Source: Candidatus Kerfeldbacteria bacterium (GTDB lineage Bacteria; Patescibacteriota; Patescibacteriia; SBBC01). From it: 64,000 bases of DNA. Below the pieces are notes generated by a model. It was not told the origin of the DNA and searched no databases. It saw only the letters and a program-made list of their open reading frames with translations. The DNA is taken from assembly GCA_016207275.1 (NCBI GenBank), contig JACQPY010000007.1, forward strand, positions 10,265 to 74,264, given 5' to 3'. Below are positions 19,074-26,625 of the stretch, piece by piece. Positions within the stretch are counted from its first letter, which is position 1; each line of letters starts with the position of its first letter. Both the position numbers and the translations under genes were made by a program.

Positions 19074-19118
19074 ATGACCATCCCGGCCATCGAGACCACC
19101 AGCGATGAGATTGCTTCA
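19074..19118 (+). pseudogene. Relic 5' end of tsaD
   Basis: Translates MTIPAIETTSDEIAS versus MTILAIETSCDETSA of tsaD; preceded by TGCTACAAT -10 box 6 nt upstream. Confidence 0.7.
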
Positions 19119-19129
19119 AAACTGCCCGT

Positions 19130-19693
19130 TCACATCATTCCTGCGTAGTTCGATCTCTTAAAATCTTCGTAGTGTGGCGAGTAGATTGACCAGGGGAAAA
19201 CCGCCTCACCCAGTTCAACAAAAAAATCAATGTTCTCTTTTTGCTTTGGATGCACGATCATTGCGGCAGTTTTGATGTTCTCTTTCCTCGCGCCCATCTG
19301 CAGTAAGTGATTCTTCGCCACATCTATGGTTTTTGATAAGACAACATCGTCATCAACCAGCAGCACCTTTTGCTCGCTACCGATTTGCTGAGCTAAAGGT
19401 TCATGAATAAATGGTTGAGAGAATAGGTAGTAAAGATCCTCAAGCGCGCTGTAGAGAAACCTGAAGCGTCTAAATTTTTCTGGCATTCTCGGAATTATTG
19501 TTGACAACCGACATTTGACGCTCATTGGGCTATATGGTACGCCGAGAACTTTGGCAAGGTGGGTTCCGACGAGATGACCGCCGTATTTTATTCCGACCAC
19601 GAGATCTGGTCGATACGCGCTCTGTTGTATCCGTTTTCCGAGCCTTGCTGACTTTTCTGCAATTTCCTGAACTGTCCAAAAAGACTTTGTCAT
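19130..19693 (-). CDS. Type I phosphoribosyltransferase
   Basis: PDLVVGI..GG, KVLLVDDDVVLSKT PRPP-binding motif and VFPW; AT-rich relative to flanks. Confidence 0.88.
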   Translation of the reverse strand: MTKSFWTVQEIAEKSARLGKRIQQSAYRPDLVVGIKYGGHLVGTHLAKVLGVPYSPMSVKCRLSTIIPRMPEKFRRFRFLYSALEDLYYLFSQPFIHEPLAQQIGSEQKVLLVDDDVVLSKTIDVAKNHLLQMGARKENIKTAAMIVHPKQKENIDFFVELGEAVFPWSIYSPHYEDFKRSNYAGMM

Positions 19694-19730
19694 GTCAGTA
19701 TTGTAGTGAAAAACATATCAATAGGGCAGT

Positions 19731-20765
19731 ATGACTATTCTAGCAATAGAAACTTCCTGTGACGAAACCTCGGCTGCGGTCATTAAAAGAGACGGCGCGA
19801 TTGCTCGAATCCGCTCAAACATCGTGGCCTCGCAAGTGAAGCTTCACGCCAAGACCGGCGGGGTTGTGCCGGAAGTCGCCGCGCGGGAGCACATCAAACC
19901 GATCATTCCCACCATTGAACGTGCCTTAGCCAAAGCCAAAACTACGGTGCACAACGTTGATGCCCTAGCCGTCACCCTTGGCCCAGGTCTGCACACGGCA
20001 CTTTCGGTTGGCGTGGAAACGGCCAAAGCGCTATCGTACACGCTCGGTCTGCCGCTCATGCCCATCAACCACCTGCACGGCCACATTGCCTCAAACTGGA
20101 ACGCTCGCGCGCCAAAACTTCCAGCCCTCTGCCTGATTGTCTCCGGCGGACACACTGAACTGGTGCTGATTGACCGACGGCGCCGTATCAAGTTACTCGG
20201 CGCCACCCGTGACGATGCAGCCGGCGAAGCCTTTGACAAAGTCGCCCAGCTCTTACGGCTCGGCTACCCGGGCGGGCCAATCATCAGCCAGCTCGCGCAA
20301 CGCGGCAATCCTCGGGCCTTTGACCTGCCGCGGCCAATGCTCGAACACAAAAACTTTGATTTCAGTTTTTCCGGATTGAAAACCGCAGTTCGGTATCTTA
20401 TTGAAAAGAGTCCCCTCCTGCCCGAGGAGGGGACGCGGCGAGGCCGCGGGGAGGTGGGAGACCTTTGCGCCTCATTCCAGCAAGCAATCGTCGATGTGCT
20501 CGTGGCAAAAACTGTTCGCGCGGCAAAACTACACAAGCCCAAAGAAGTGCTGCTGGCCGGCGGCGTGGCCGCAAATACAGAACTTCGGCGGCGGCTGGCG
20601 GGTGAGATCCATAAGCTTAGTTGGAAACCATCATACCACCAGCCGCCGCTTGCGCTTTGCACGGACAACGCCGGCATGATCGGGTTGGCGGCGGCATACT
20701 TCAAAATCCCAATCAAAGCAGACGCCTGGAAAACAGTGGATATCCGACCAACGGTTGTTGTATAA
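19731..20765 (+). CDS. tsaD: tRNA N6-adenosine threonylcarbamoyltransferase TsaD
   Basis: IETSCDET, GGVVPEVAAREH, SGGHT, DDAAGEAFDK and CTDNAGMI motifs. Confidence 0.98.
   Translation: MTILAIETSCDETSAAVIKRDGAIARIRSNIVASQVKLHAKTGGVVPEVAAREHIKPIIPTIERALAKAKTTVHNVDALAVTLGPGLHTALSVGVETAKALSYTLGLPLMPINHLHGHIASNWNARAPKLPALCLIVSGGHTELVLIDRRRRIKLLGATRDDAAGEAFDKVAQLLRLGYPGGPIISQLAQRGNPRAFDLPRPMLEHKNFDFSFSGLKTAVRYLIEKSPLLPEEGTRRGRGEVGDLCASFQQAIVDVLVAKTVRAAKLHKPKEVLLAGGVAANTELRRRLAGEIHKLSWKPSYHQPPLALCTDNAGMIGLAAAYFKIPIKADAWKTVDIRPTVVV
20410..20460 (+). repeat. REP-like palindrome inserted in frame in tsaD
   Basis: TCCCCTCCTGCCCGAGGAGGGGA...GGGGAGGTGGGAG encodes SPLLPEEGTRRGRGEVG. Confidence 0.75.
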
Positions 20766-20771
20766 AAACTT

Positions 20772-20805
20772 CGGCCGCCCTCTCGATTCACTGAGAGAGC
20801 GGCCG
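20772..20805. terminator. Terminator hairpin between convergent genes
   Basis: CGGCCGCCCTCTC / GAGAGAGCGGCCG stem. Confidence 0.65.
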
Positions 20806-20832
20806 TCTTGCTACTGCAACGATCTGATCCTC

Positions 20833-21414
20833 CTACTTTGGCGGAGATGGAATGGGGTAGTCATCGCCCATTTCCAGCTGCGGCGCGCTGGCTGGCTGCA
20901 GCCTGATCGTCACCAGTTGCAGCCCCGGACTCCAGTGGATGCGACGAGTCTTGACGTCGACCCCGCTGTGTCCGGCGGCGGACAGCACCTCCTTCAGTCG
21001 GACCGCGATAGCCTGCGGGTCTGGCACGCCGTCGAAGATCCGATTTGATTCGATGGTCAGCGAGGCTTGCTGCGTGGCCCGGTACTCCTCAACTGCCGGT
21101 CGCAGGTCACGAGGAGTGATCTGTTCGAGCGGCTTTCGGACGGTGAGAATCTTGATCCACACCTCGACCGTCACCTCGCACCACCGATCGAGCAGCTCTT
21201 CAGTGCCCAGTACCCTGGTGCCGACTCTCAAACCGCCCTTTCTGCGAAGGGCGCGTCGCTCGATCAGCGACTTGACTTCGTCACCTTCCTTGCCCCGATT
21301 GACCCGAACGAGGCAGTGGGCAACTCCTCGATGATCGTCGTCCCTCAGAATCTTGTCGAGAAAGTTGTCGAACTGAATTCCGCTGCCGTTTGGCTTGATG
21401 CTGGCTTCGACCAC
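20833..21414 (-). CDS. Hypothetical protein
   Basis: SD AGGAGG upstream; 193-aa ORF; last gene of the M16-nuclease unit. Confidence 0.7.
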   Translation of the reverse strand: MVEASIKPNGSGIQFDNFLDKILRDDDHRGVAHCLVRVNRGKEGDEVKSLIERRALRRKGGLRVGTRVLGTEELLDRWCEVTVEVWIKILTVRKPLEQITPRDLRPAVEEYRATQQASLTIESNRIFDGVPDPQAIAVRLKEVLSAAGHSGVDVKTRRIHWSPGLQLVTIRLQPASAPQLEMGDDYPIPSPPK

Positions 21415-21450
21415 GGTTCCCTCCTGTACTTGGTCGGTCCGTCATTGGGT

Positions 21451-22689
21451 TTAACTCACTCTTCGCTTCCTGACGCGAATCCGAGGCAGACTGACGCGCG
21501 GAGCGATGAGCTCTTCCAGGGAAATTTGGACTGGAAGCACCAGCCTGACGAGCTGCTCGTACTCTGCTGCGCGAGCAACGACTTGTGGTTCCTGGGTGAC
21601 CGGGATGACTAGCTGTGAAGGCACCAGTTTCACCTTCTCCAGCCGGTGACGCTCAGCAAATGCTTGGCGAGCGGTTGGCCGCTGACCCAGCTCCCATTCA
21701 CGGCACTGCCTAAACGCCCGGCAGTACCGGCAATGATTCCCGCGCGGGAACAGGGGAGTGATGTCGCCGGTTTCGATGTCTCTCAGTTTCTCGCTGGGTA
21801 GTGTACTGGCTAAGTCAGTCGGCGGACGTCGTCCGAACAACACCCCGTCGAAGTAGGCTTGCTTCTGCCGCAGCTTAAGGTACAGATGCCCAATCTCCCG
21901 GGGAGTGCGGAGCGGCGCGGCTTGGAAGGCGTTCCGACGGTAGTTGTAGATGAACATTCCTCGCAGCGGCGGCTGGCCGGGAATCTTTCCGCGCGCCCGC
22001 AGGTAGTGGTAAGCCAGTTGGTAGAACGTCAGCTGCGTCCCGCTGGCCAAGACCGGGTAGTCGAGCCAGCGATCCTTGTAGTCAACGATCCAGGCGCCGC
22101 TAGGTTGAATGGCAATCCGGTCGATCACGCCATTCAGCTTGAGGCCGTGCCAGTCCAGTCCGTTGAACCGGACTTCGAGCAGATTGATCGTACCGTCGCC
22201 CCGACGTCGGACGTGCCGCTCGTGGAACTTCGTCAGGATCTCGTTACCCTGTTCAAAGAGAACGCCTGGCTGGGCCAAGTACTCCCAGGCAACCTCAACC
22301 GGCTGATTCGGCGGTTTGCGCTGCCGGTTTATCCAGCTGTCGAACTTCTCGAGCGAGTTGAAGGGATTGCGCGGGTTACTGGCAAGGATTCGTCCATCAG
22401 GCATGGTTCGCATGTCGCCGACCGCTCCCCACCATAACCCTCTCCACGCCCCCAAGAAGTCCTTCAGTTGTTCGAACGGATAACGGCCAGTTGACCGATG
22501 CGACGTCAGGAACCGCTGGAACATGTAGTGGTGCGAAATCCCCCAGACTCCCAGCGGAGGCTCCGGGCCGGGCTCCGGAATGATAACTTCCCAGAAGTAG
22601 CGGGCATCGCAAGCGACCGCCGTATCGAAGCCGGTCGCTGACCACATCTTCGAGACGTTGCGGGGATTTCTTGGTCGGTGTCTTTGCAC
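21451..22689 (-). CDS. PD-(D/E)XK nuclease, AddB/Cas4-like with Cys cluster
   Basis: LEVRF...GVIDRI...IVDYK...QLTFY motifs; N-terminal Cys plus CRYC-x5-C; SD AAGGAGGTGA. Confidence 0.85.
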   Translation of the reverse strand: MQRHRPRNPRNVSKMWSATGFDTAVACDARYFWEVIIPEPGPEPPLGVWGISHHYMFQRFLTSHRSTGRYPFEQLKDFLGAWRGLWWGAVGDMRTMPDGRILASNPRNPFNSLEKFDSWINRQRKPPNQPVEVAWEYLAQPGVLFEQGNEILTKFHERHVRRRGDGTINLLEVRFNGLDWHGLKLNGVIDRIAIQPSGAWIVDYKDRWLDYPVLASGTQLTFYQLAYHYLRARGKIPGQPPLRGMFIYNYRRNAFQAAPLRTPREIGHLYLKLRQKQAYFDGVLFGRRPPTDLASTLPSEKLRDIETGDITPLFPRGNHCRYCRAFRQCREWELGQRPTARQAFAERHRLEKVKLVPSQLVIPVTQEPQVVARAAEYEQLVRLVLPVQISLEELIAPRVSLPRIRVRKRRVS

Positions 22690-22707
22690 AATCTCACCTC
22701 CTTGTGG

Positions 22708-23982
22708 TCACTGCATCTGCAGCGCCGCCACGACCTTGCGCCGGTCAAGGGACTGTACCCGGCCGGCGAGAACGACGTTCATTGTCTCCTGCCGGAGAAT
22801 CCGACGGGCCATATACTGAACGCGCGAGGACGCGGTAATGCGGTGCAAGCGGCGTTGGTATGAAGTGCTGCTAACCGGCATTCCCGTGACCAGCACTTGT
22901 TCTGCCAGGAACCCGGCCAATTTGAGTGGACGGGTGTCGCGCAGTTGAGCGTGGTGATCGAGTGACTCGTATGCCGAGGTTAGGTCTTCCTCGGATAATG
23001 GCTTGTCTCGCAACAACCGAAGCTCTTCGGCGATGATGCGCAGCACGCTGACCACGGACTCGGGGCGGCAAGAGGTGATGACCGTCAAGTCACCTTCCTG
23101 CCCGTAGTTCCAGAGTTGCGAGTCAGCCTGGTAGACAAGACCTTCCCCGACGCGCAACCGTTGACGAAGTCGGGCGCTTTTTCGGATTGGCGAGCCGAGG
23201 TGATTGTTGATGAGAGACAAGAGCAGGCGTCGGCGGTCGCCGAACCCGAACGGAATCGGAAAGCCGACGCCGACTTGGACTCGCTCATCAGGCCAAGTGA
23301 TCATCCGCAACCGCAACCGCGATTGGGTGACGTGAAACGGCTCGGACTTGAGCGTCGGGTTGCTCATCAGTCGGCCGAAACGCCGTTCGAGCAGCGGGCG
23401 AACCTCGCCCGGATCGAAGGCCCCGCCGGCGACAATCACCACCGCGTCATGCATGAGCGTGGCGTGCCAGCGTCGGACCATCTCCGGTGTCATCGTCCTT
23501 AAGGCGTTCGCCCGGCCGTAAATGCTTCGACCTAACGCGTGTCCGTGGAAGACTGTCTCCTCCAGCACGTCGGCCAACCGCTCGTCCGGTATTTCCCGAT
23601 TCTCGAATTCCTCCTCCAGGATCGGATTGACGATACGCTGCAGCGTCGTTTTGGTGAACCGCGGGTACAGGACCTGGTCAATCGCCAACTGGACCGACTC
23701 CGCGGCCTTTGACGGACGCGAACGGAAGGAAGCTAAAAGCGCCTCTTGACCAGTTTCGATGAAGTCCGTGTGGACACAATCGGCCGCCCGCGCGAACGCC
23801 AGCGTATCTGGAAATCGTCGACACTCTTCATCAACGAAGTGGTCGATCAGATGCGTTACCCCGAGCAGCTGGTTCGGCTCATACCGTCCGCCGCGGAAGG
23901 CGATACAGAGCGCGAACTCATCGGCCCCCGCATTCGGCACCAGCAGGCACCGGACATGGTTGCGGAATTGCTCCACCTGCAT
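22708..23982 (-). CDS. M16 (pitrilysin-family) peptidase-like protein with variant HxxDH motif
   Basis: GGRYE...GVTHLIDHF, HALGRSIYG and RL.QRLR..EGLVY motifs; SD GGGAGGTG. Confidence 0.85.
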   Translation of the reverse strand: MQVEQFRNHVRCLLVPNAGADEFALCIAFRGGRYEPNQLLGVTHLIDHFVDEECRRFPDTLAFARAADCVHTDFIETGQEALLASFRSRPSKAAESVQLAIDQVLYPRFTKTTLQRIVNPILEEEFENREIPDERLADVLEETVFHGHALGRSIYGRANALRTMTPEMVRRWHATLMHDAVVIVAGGAFDPGEVRPLLERRFGRLMSNPTLKSEPFHVTQSRLRLRMITWPDERVQVGVGFPIPFGFGDRRRLLLSLINNHLGSPIRKSARLRQRLRVGEGLVYQADSQLWNYGQEGDLTVITSCRPESVVSVLRIIAEELRLLRDKPLSEEDLTSAYESLDHHAQLRDTRPLKLAGFLAEQVLVTGMPVSSTSYQRRLHRITASSRVQYMARRILRQETMNVVLAGRVQSLDRRKVVAALQMQ

Positions 23983-24115
23983 GTGCCACCTCCCCCGTGA
24001 GTAACGAAATGTCAACCATCAGGCAGCTCAACAACAGGACAGTCTTACCAGATTCGTCCGAGCCTGACAAGGGCCTTGTCAACTGCCGACGTTTCGCTTT
24101 TCTTAAAACTAAATA

Positions 24116-24165
24116 CCGGTCGCTCCGTCTCTTGTTCTAGAAAGGAACAGGAACGGAGCGACCGG
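24116..24165. terminator. Strong hairpin/terminator
   Basis: CCGGTCGCTCCGT / ACGGAGCGACCGG perfect 13-bp stem; U-rich tail on the - strand. Confidence 0.65.
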
Positions 24166-24382
24166 CTTGAAAGAAGTGCAATCCATTATGCGCCCGTACT
24201 TCGGTGCAAAAACCTCGTGGCCGGATTGGACTGCTAGTCCTCGTCTTCGAGAAGCTTCAGCAGCCGAGCTTACTCATCAGGGCGAAAGATCTACGGCGAG
24301 CCGATGAACTGATGCGGCAGGGCTCGCCTCCTTATGCGTAGAGTTTGCCGCCGTTGTTAGAGCGTGGGGGGTGACGTTTTCC

Positions 24383-24988
24383 CTAGAACGTCATTCGCTG
24401 GTCAAGAATCTGATAGACCTGGTGTTCATACCGGGCGCCGTTCAGTCCGCGGTGCGGTTTTGACTCCTCGCCCAATCCGAGGAAAGCGCCAATCGAGGAG
24501 AGTGAAAGTGAGGTGATCCTGCCAGCCAGGAAATCGGGCTTGAGCGCCTCACTAGCAACTGACATCAGGCAATGCCAGTGGTAGTCGCCTTTCCATTTGA
24601 CGCCACCGCGTTGGAAGTAGCGATCCAGCCACCAGAATTCGAAGCTCGCATTGTACGCCCACGGGACGCAGTTGACGGCGAAATCGTTCAAACGTCGGAC
24701 TGCTTCCTCAGCCGGCAAAGCGTCAACCCAGTCCGCAAAGGTGAAGCCGTTGTACCCATTGAAGGAGAGTTCTGCCTCGGACTTCCCGAGGGGATTCGTA
24801 ACCTCGAACTTCAGGTCGAGTTCTCCGAGAACCTCCAGGTTGCGCGGATCGACCTTGACCAGACCGACCTCGCAGATCTCTCCGCCGTCCTCGAAACCCG
24901 TGCCGGTTGTCTCAACGTCCATGAAGAGCTTCGGAAGAAGATGAAAGTTCACCGTCCCAATCGGGCGATCCCTGTTAAGCAATCCCAT
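24383..24988 (-). CDS. DEDDh 3'-5' exonuclease
   Basis: MDVETTG, YNASFE and HRGLNGA motifs (later acidic residues degenerate); SD AAGGAGG. Confidence 0.85.
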   Translation of the reverse strand: MGLLNRDRPIGTVNFHLLPKLFMDVETTGTGFEDGGEICEVGLVKVDPRNLEVLGELDLKFEVTNPLGKSEAELSFNGYNGFTFADWVDALPAEEAVRRLNDFAVNCVPWAYNASFEFWWLDRYFQRGGVKWKGDYHWHCLMSVASEALKPDFLAGRITSLSLSSIGAFLGLGEESKPHRGLNGARYEHQVYQILDQRMTF

Positions 24989-25039
24989 GCTCGTTCCTCC
25001 TTAGAAGTCAAGGTGCGATTCTATTACCAGACCGCAAAA

Positions 25040-25068
25040 ATCTTATGCTCAGCCGAAAAAAATGTCAA
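25040..25068 (-). promoter_or_regulatory. Sigma70 promoter of the exonuclease gene
   Basis: TTGACA-17 nt-TAAGAT on the - strand. Confidence 0.65.
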
Positions 25069-25242
25069 CGGCCAGCTATCGACCGGTGAAGCGCTCCACG
25101 GCCTTACGGCCGTGGCTTCGGCCCTTTCGGTTTTCGGAGCGCGGAACCCCGCATCCGTCCCGCCAACGGCGAGACTGGTGCGTGGGTAATAGAAAGCCGC
25201 TCCCATTCCGAAGGAAGAGAGCGGCCGCACTTCGCACACGAA

Positions 25243-25965
25243 CTACTTCGACTCCATCTCATTCCCGCAGTTCAGGCACTTGAACAACGATCCACTGCGG
25301 ACGGTCTGATGCCCGCACACATCGCAGAGCGGGAGCGCGCCGCTAGCCGATGGCGCAGCCGCCACCTCTGGCTGCGGCTCGATCCGCACGTCGATCCGGC
25401 ACTTGCCGCCGGGCTCGAGCGGCCAATCCTGCCGAATTACCCCGATCGCGCAGCCGGTTACTCCCGAAATCCTCAGCTTCTCAACGAGAAGAACCTGTAC
25501 TTCTCCTCGTCCGTACGCACGTTCGCTCGGTTTGTCATCGTACGTGTAGATCGCTGTGAACCCCCGACCCCGCTTCACCATCTCGAGGAGGCGCGGGAAT
25601 CCGCTGCCATTGGGAAAGTGTCTCAGCGCTTCGGTAAAGTGGATGACATCGCTCTCGAGCGTGACATGAACATCGACGTCGCGCCACAGTGGATCGATCG
25701 GCCGACCGACTGCCAGAGTGTGAGTCTGAACGTAGTCCACATCCCTCGGGATCGCGTCCAGCTCGAACAGTCTGATCCGGCTGATGAGCGTCTGGACTGA
25801 GACATTGACCGCCTCATCCATGCCCGCTTCCTGCTTTGGCTTGACGGTCGTCTTGAAGGCAATCCTGATGCTGCCGCTCTTCTGTAGCAGCTCGACCAGC
25901 CGCTTCACTTCGTGAACGTGCGTGTTGCTTTCGTTCCCGCCCAGCGTGAAAACTTCGGTTGTCAT
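25243..25965 (-). CDS. Hypothetical protein with C-terminal zinc ribbon resembling the NrdJ tail
   Basis: CDVCGHQTVRSGSLFKCLNCG; SD GGAGGGGTG before ATG 25965. Confidence 0.7.
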   Translation of the reverse strand: MTTEVFTLGGNESNTHVHEVKRLVELLQKSGSIRIAFKTTVKPKQEAGMDEAVNVSVQTLISRIRLFELDAIPRDVDYVQTHTLAVGRPIDPLWRDVDVHVTLESDVIHFTEALRHFPNGSGFPRLLEMVKRGRGFTAIYTYDDKPSERAYGRGEVQVLLVEKLRISGVTGCAIGVIRQDWPLEPGGKCRIDVRIEPQPEVAAAPSASGALPLCDVCGHQTVRSGSLFKCLNCGNEMESK

Positions 25966-26132
25966 CGAACACCCCTCCATCCACCGCTTTACCGCGGGGT
26001 CCCGCCAAAGGCGGTGACAAGTCCATGCCAGCCTGTCGGCAGCCGCCTGTTTGGCGACCATCACGACCAGCGCCTGCGTCACGAACCTGACCACGCATTC
26101 TTGCATGAAACCCCTGATTTGTCAATCCCAAA

Positions 26133-26280
26133 CCTCCCCTCCTGCCCGACCTCTCGGCCCTGCCTCGGCATCGAGGGCTCGGCATCGAGATGAGCTCGTC
26201 GTTCGAGACCCTGAGGGGTCCTCAGACCCTGAACGGGAGGCCGAAGGGGGAGGGGTGCCCGAAGCGAGGGGTGGTGGGAG
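26133..26280. repeat. Composite/nested REP-like palindrome array
   Basis: CTCCCCTCCTGCCCGA start and GGAGGGG...GGGGTGGTGGGAG end, enclosing CTCGGCATCGAG x2 and GACCCTGA x2. Confidence 0.65.
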
Positions 26281-26289
26281 CGTCAAACC

Positions 26290-26596
26290 TTGACCCCGAC
26301 GCCGACTCGCGTTACTGTGCACATGCGTCAATACCTCGGACCTATGTCACCGAGGAAGCAGGGGAAGAACGTTTTGCAAAGCAACGGCGCGGGTTTCATC
26401 TCCCCTCCTGTCCGAGGAGGGGTCGGGGGAGGAGGAAGAACCCGCGCACCGCCAGCAGAATCAGTAAAACCCCATCAATGAGTGTCTCACGAGACCTTGA
26501 AACGAGTTCAGGGTGACAGCGAGAAACCCGGGTGGTACCTCCCCTGAGCACAGTCGAAGGGGACCTGGGCGCCGATCAGGCGTTCGCTTTACTTTT
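26290..26596 (+). promoter_or_regulatory. Promoter and T-box riboswitch leader of valS
   Basis: TTGACC-17 nt-TACTGT; GTA (Val) specifier candidate at 26464; GGGTGGTACC T-box at 26530-26539; antiterminator CCCGGG/CCTGGG overlapping terminator GGGCGCC/GGCGTTC plus U-tract. Confidence 0.72.
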
Positions 26597-26625
26597 CACT
26601 CGTGTCTATCATGACAGAAAAAAGT

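Noticed and set aside
21451-22689. CRISPR-Cas locus
   Set aside because: Only a Cas4-like nuclease; no cas1/cas2 and no repeat-spacer array seen in the window.
24245-24283. Hammerhead ribozyme (CTGATGAG...CTCGAA on the - strand)
   Set aside because: The core reads GAAG rather than GAAA, and stems I and III with a cleavage triplet could not be built.
20833-26106. Prophage or integrative element
   Set aside because: No integrase, structural genes or att repeats recognised.
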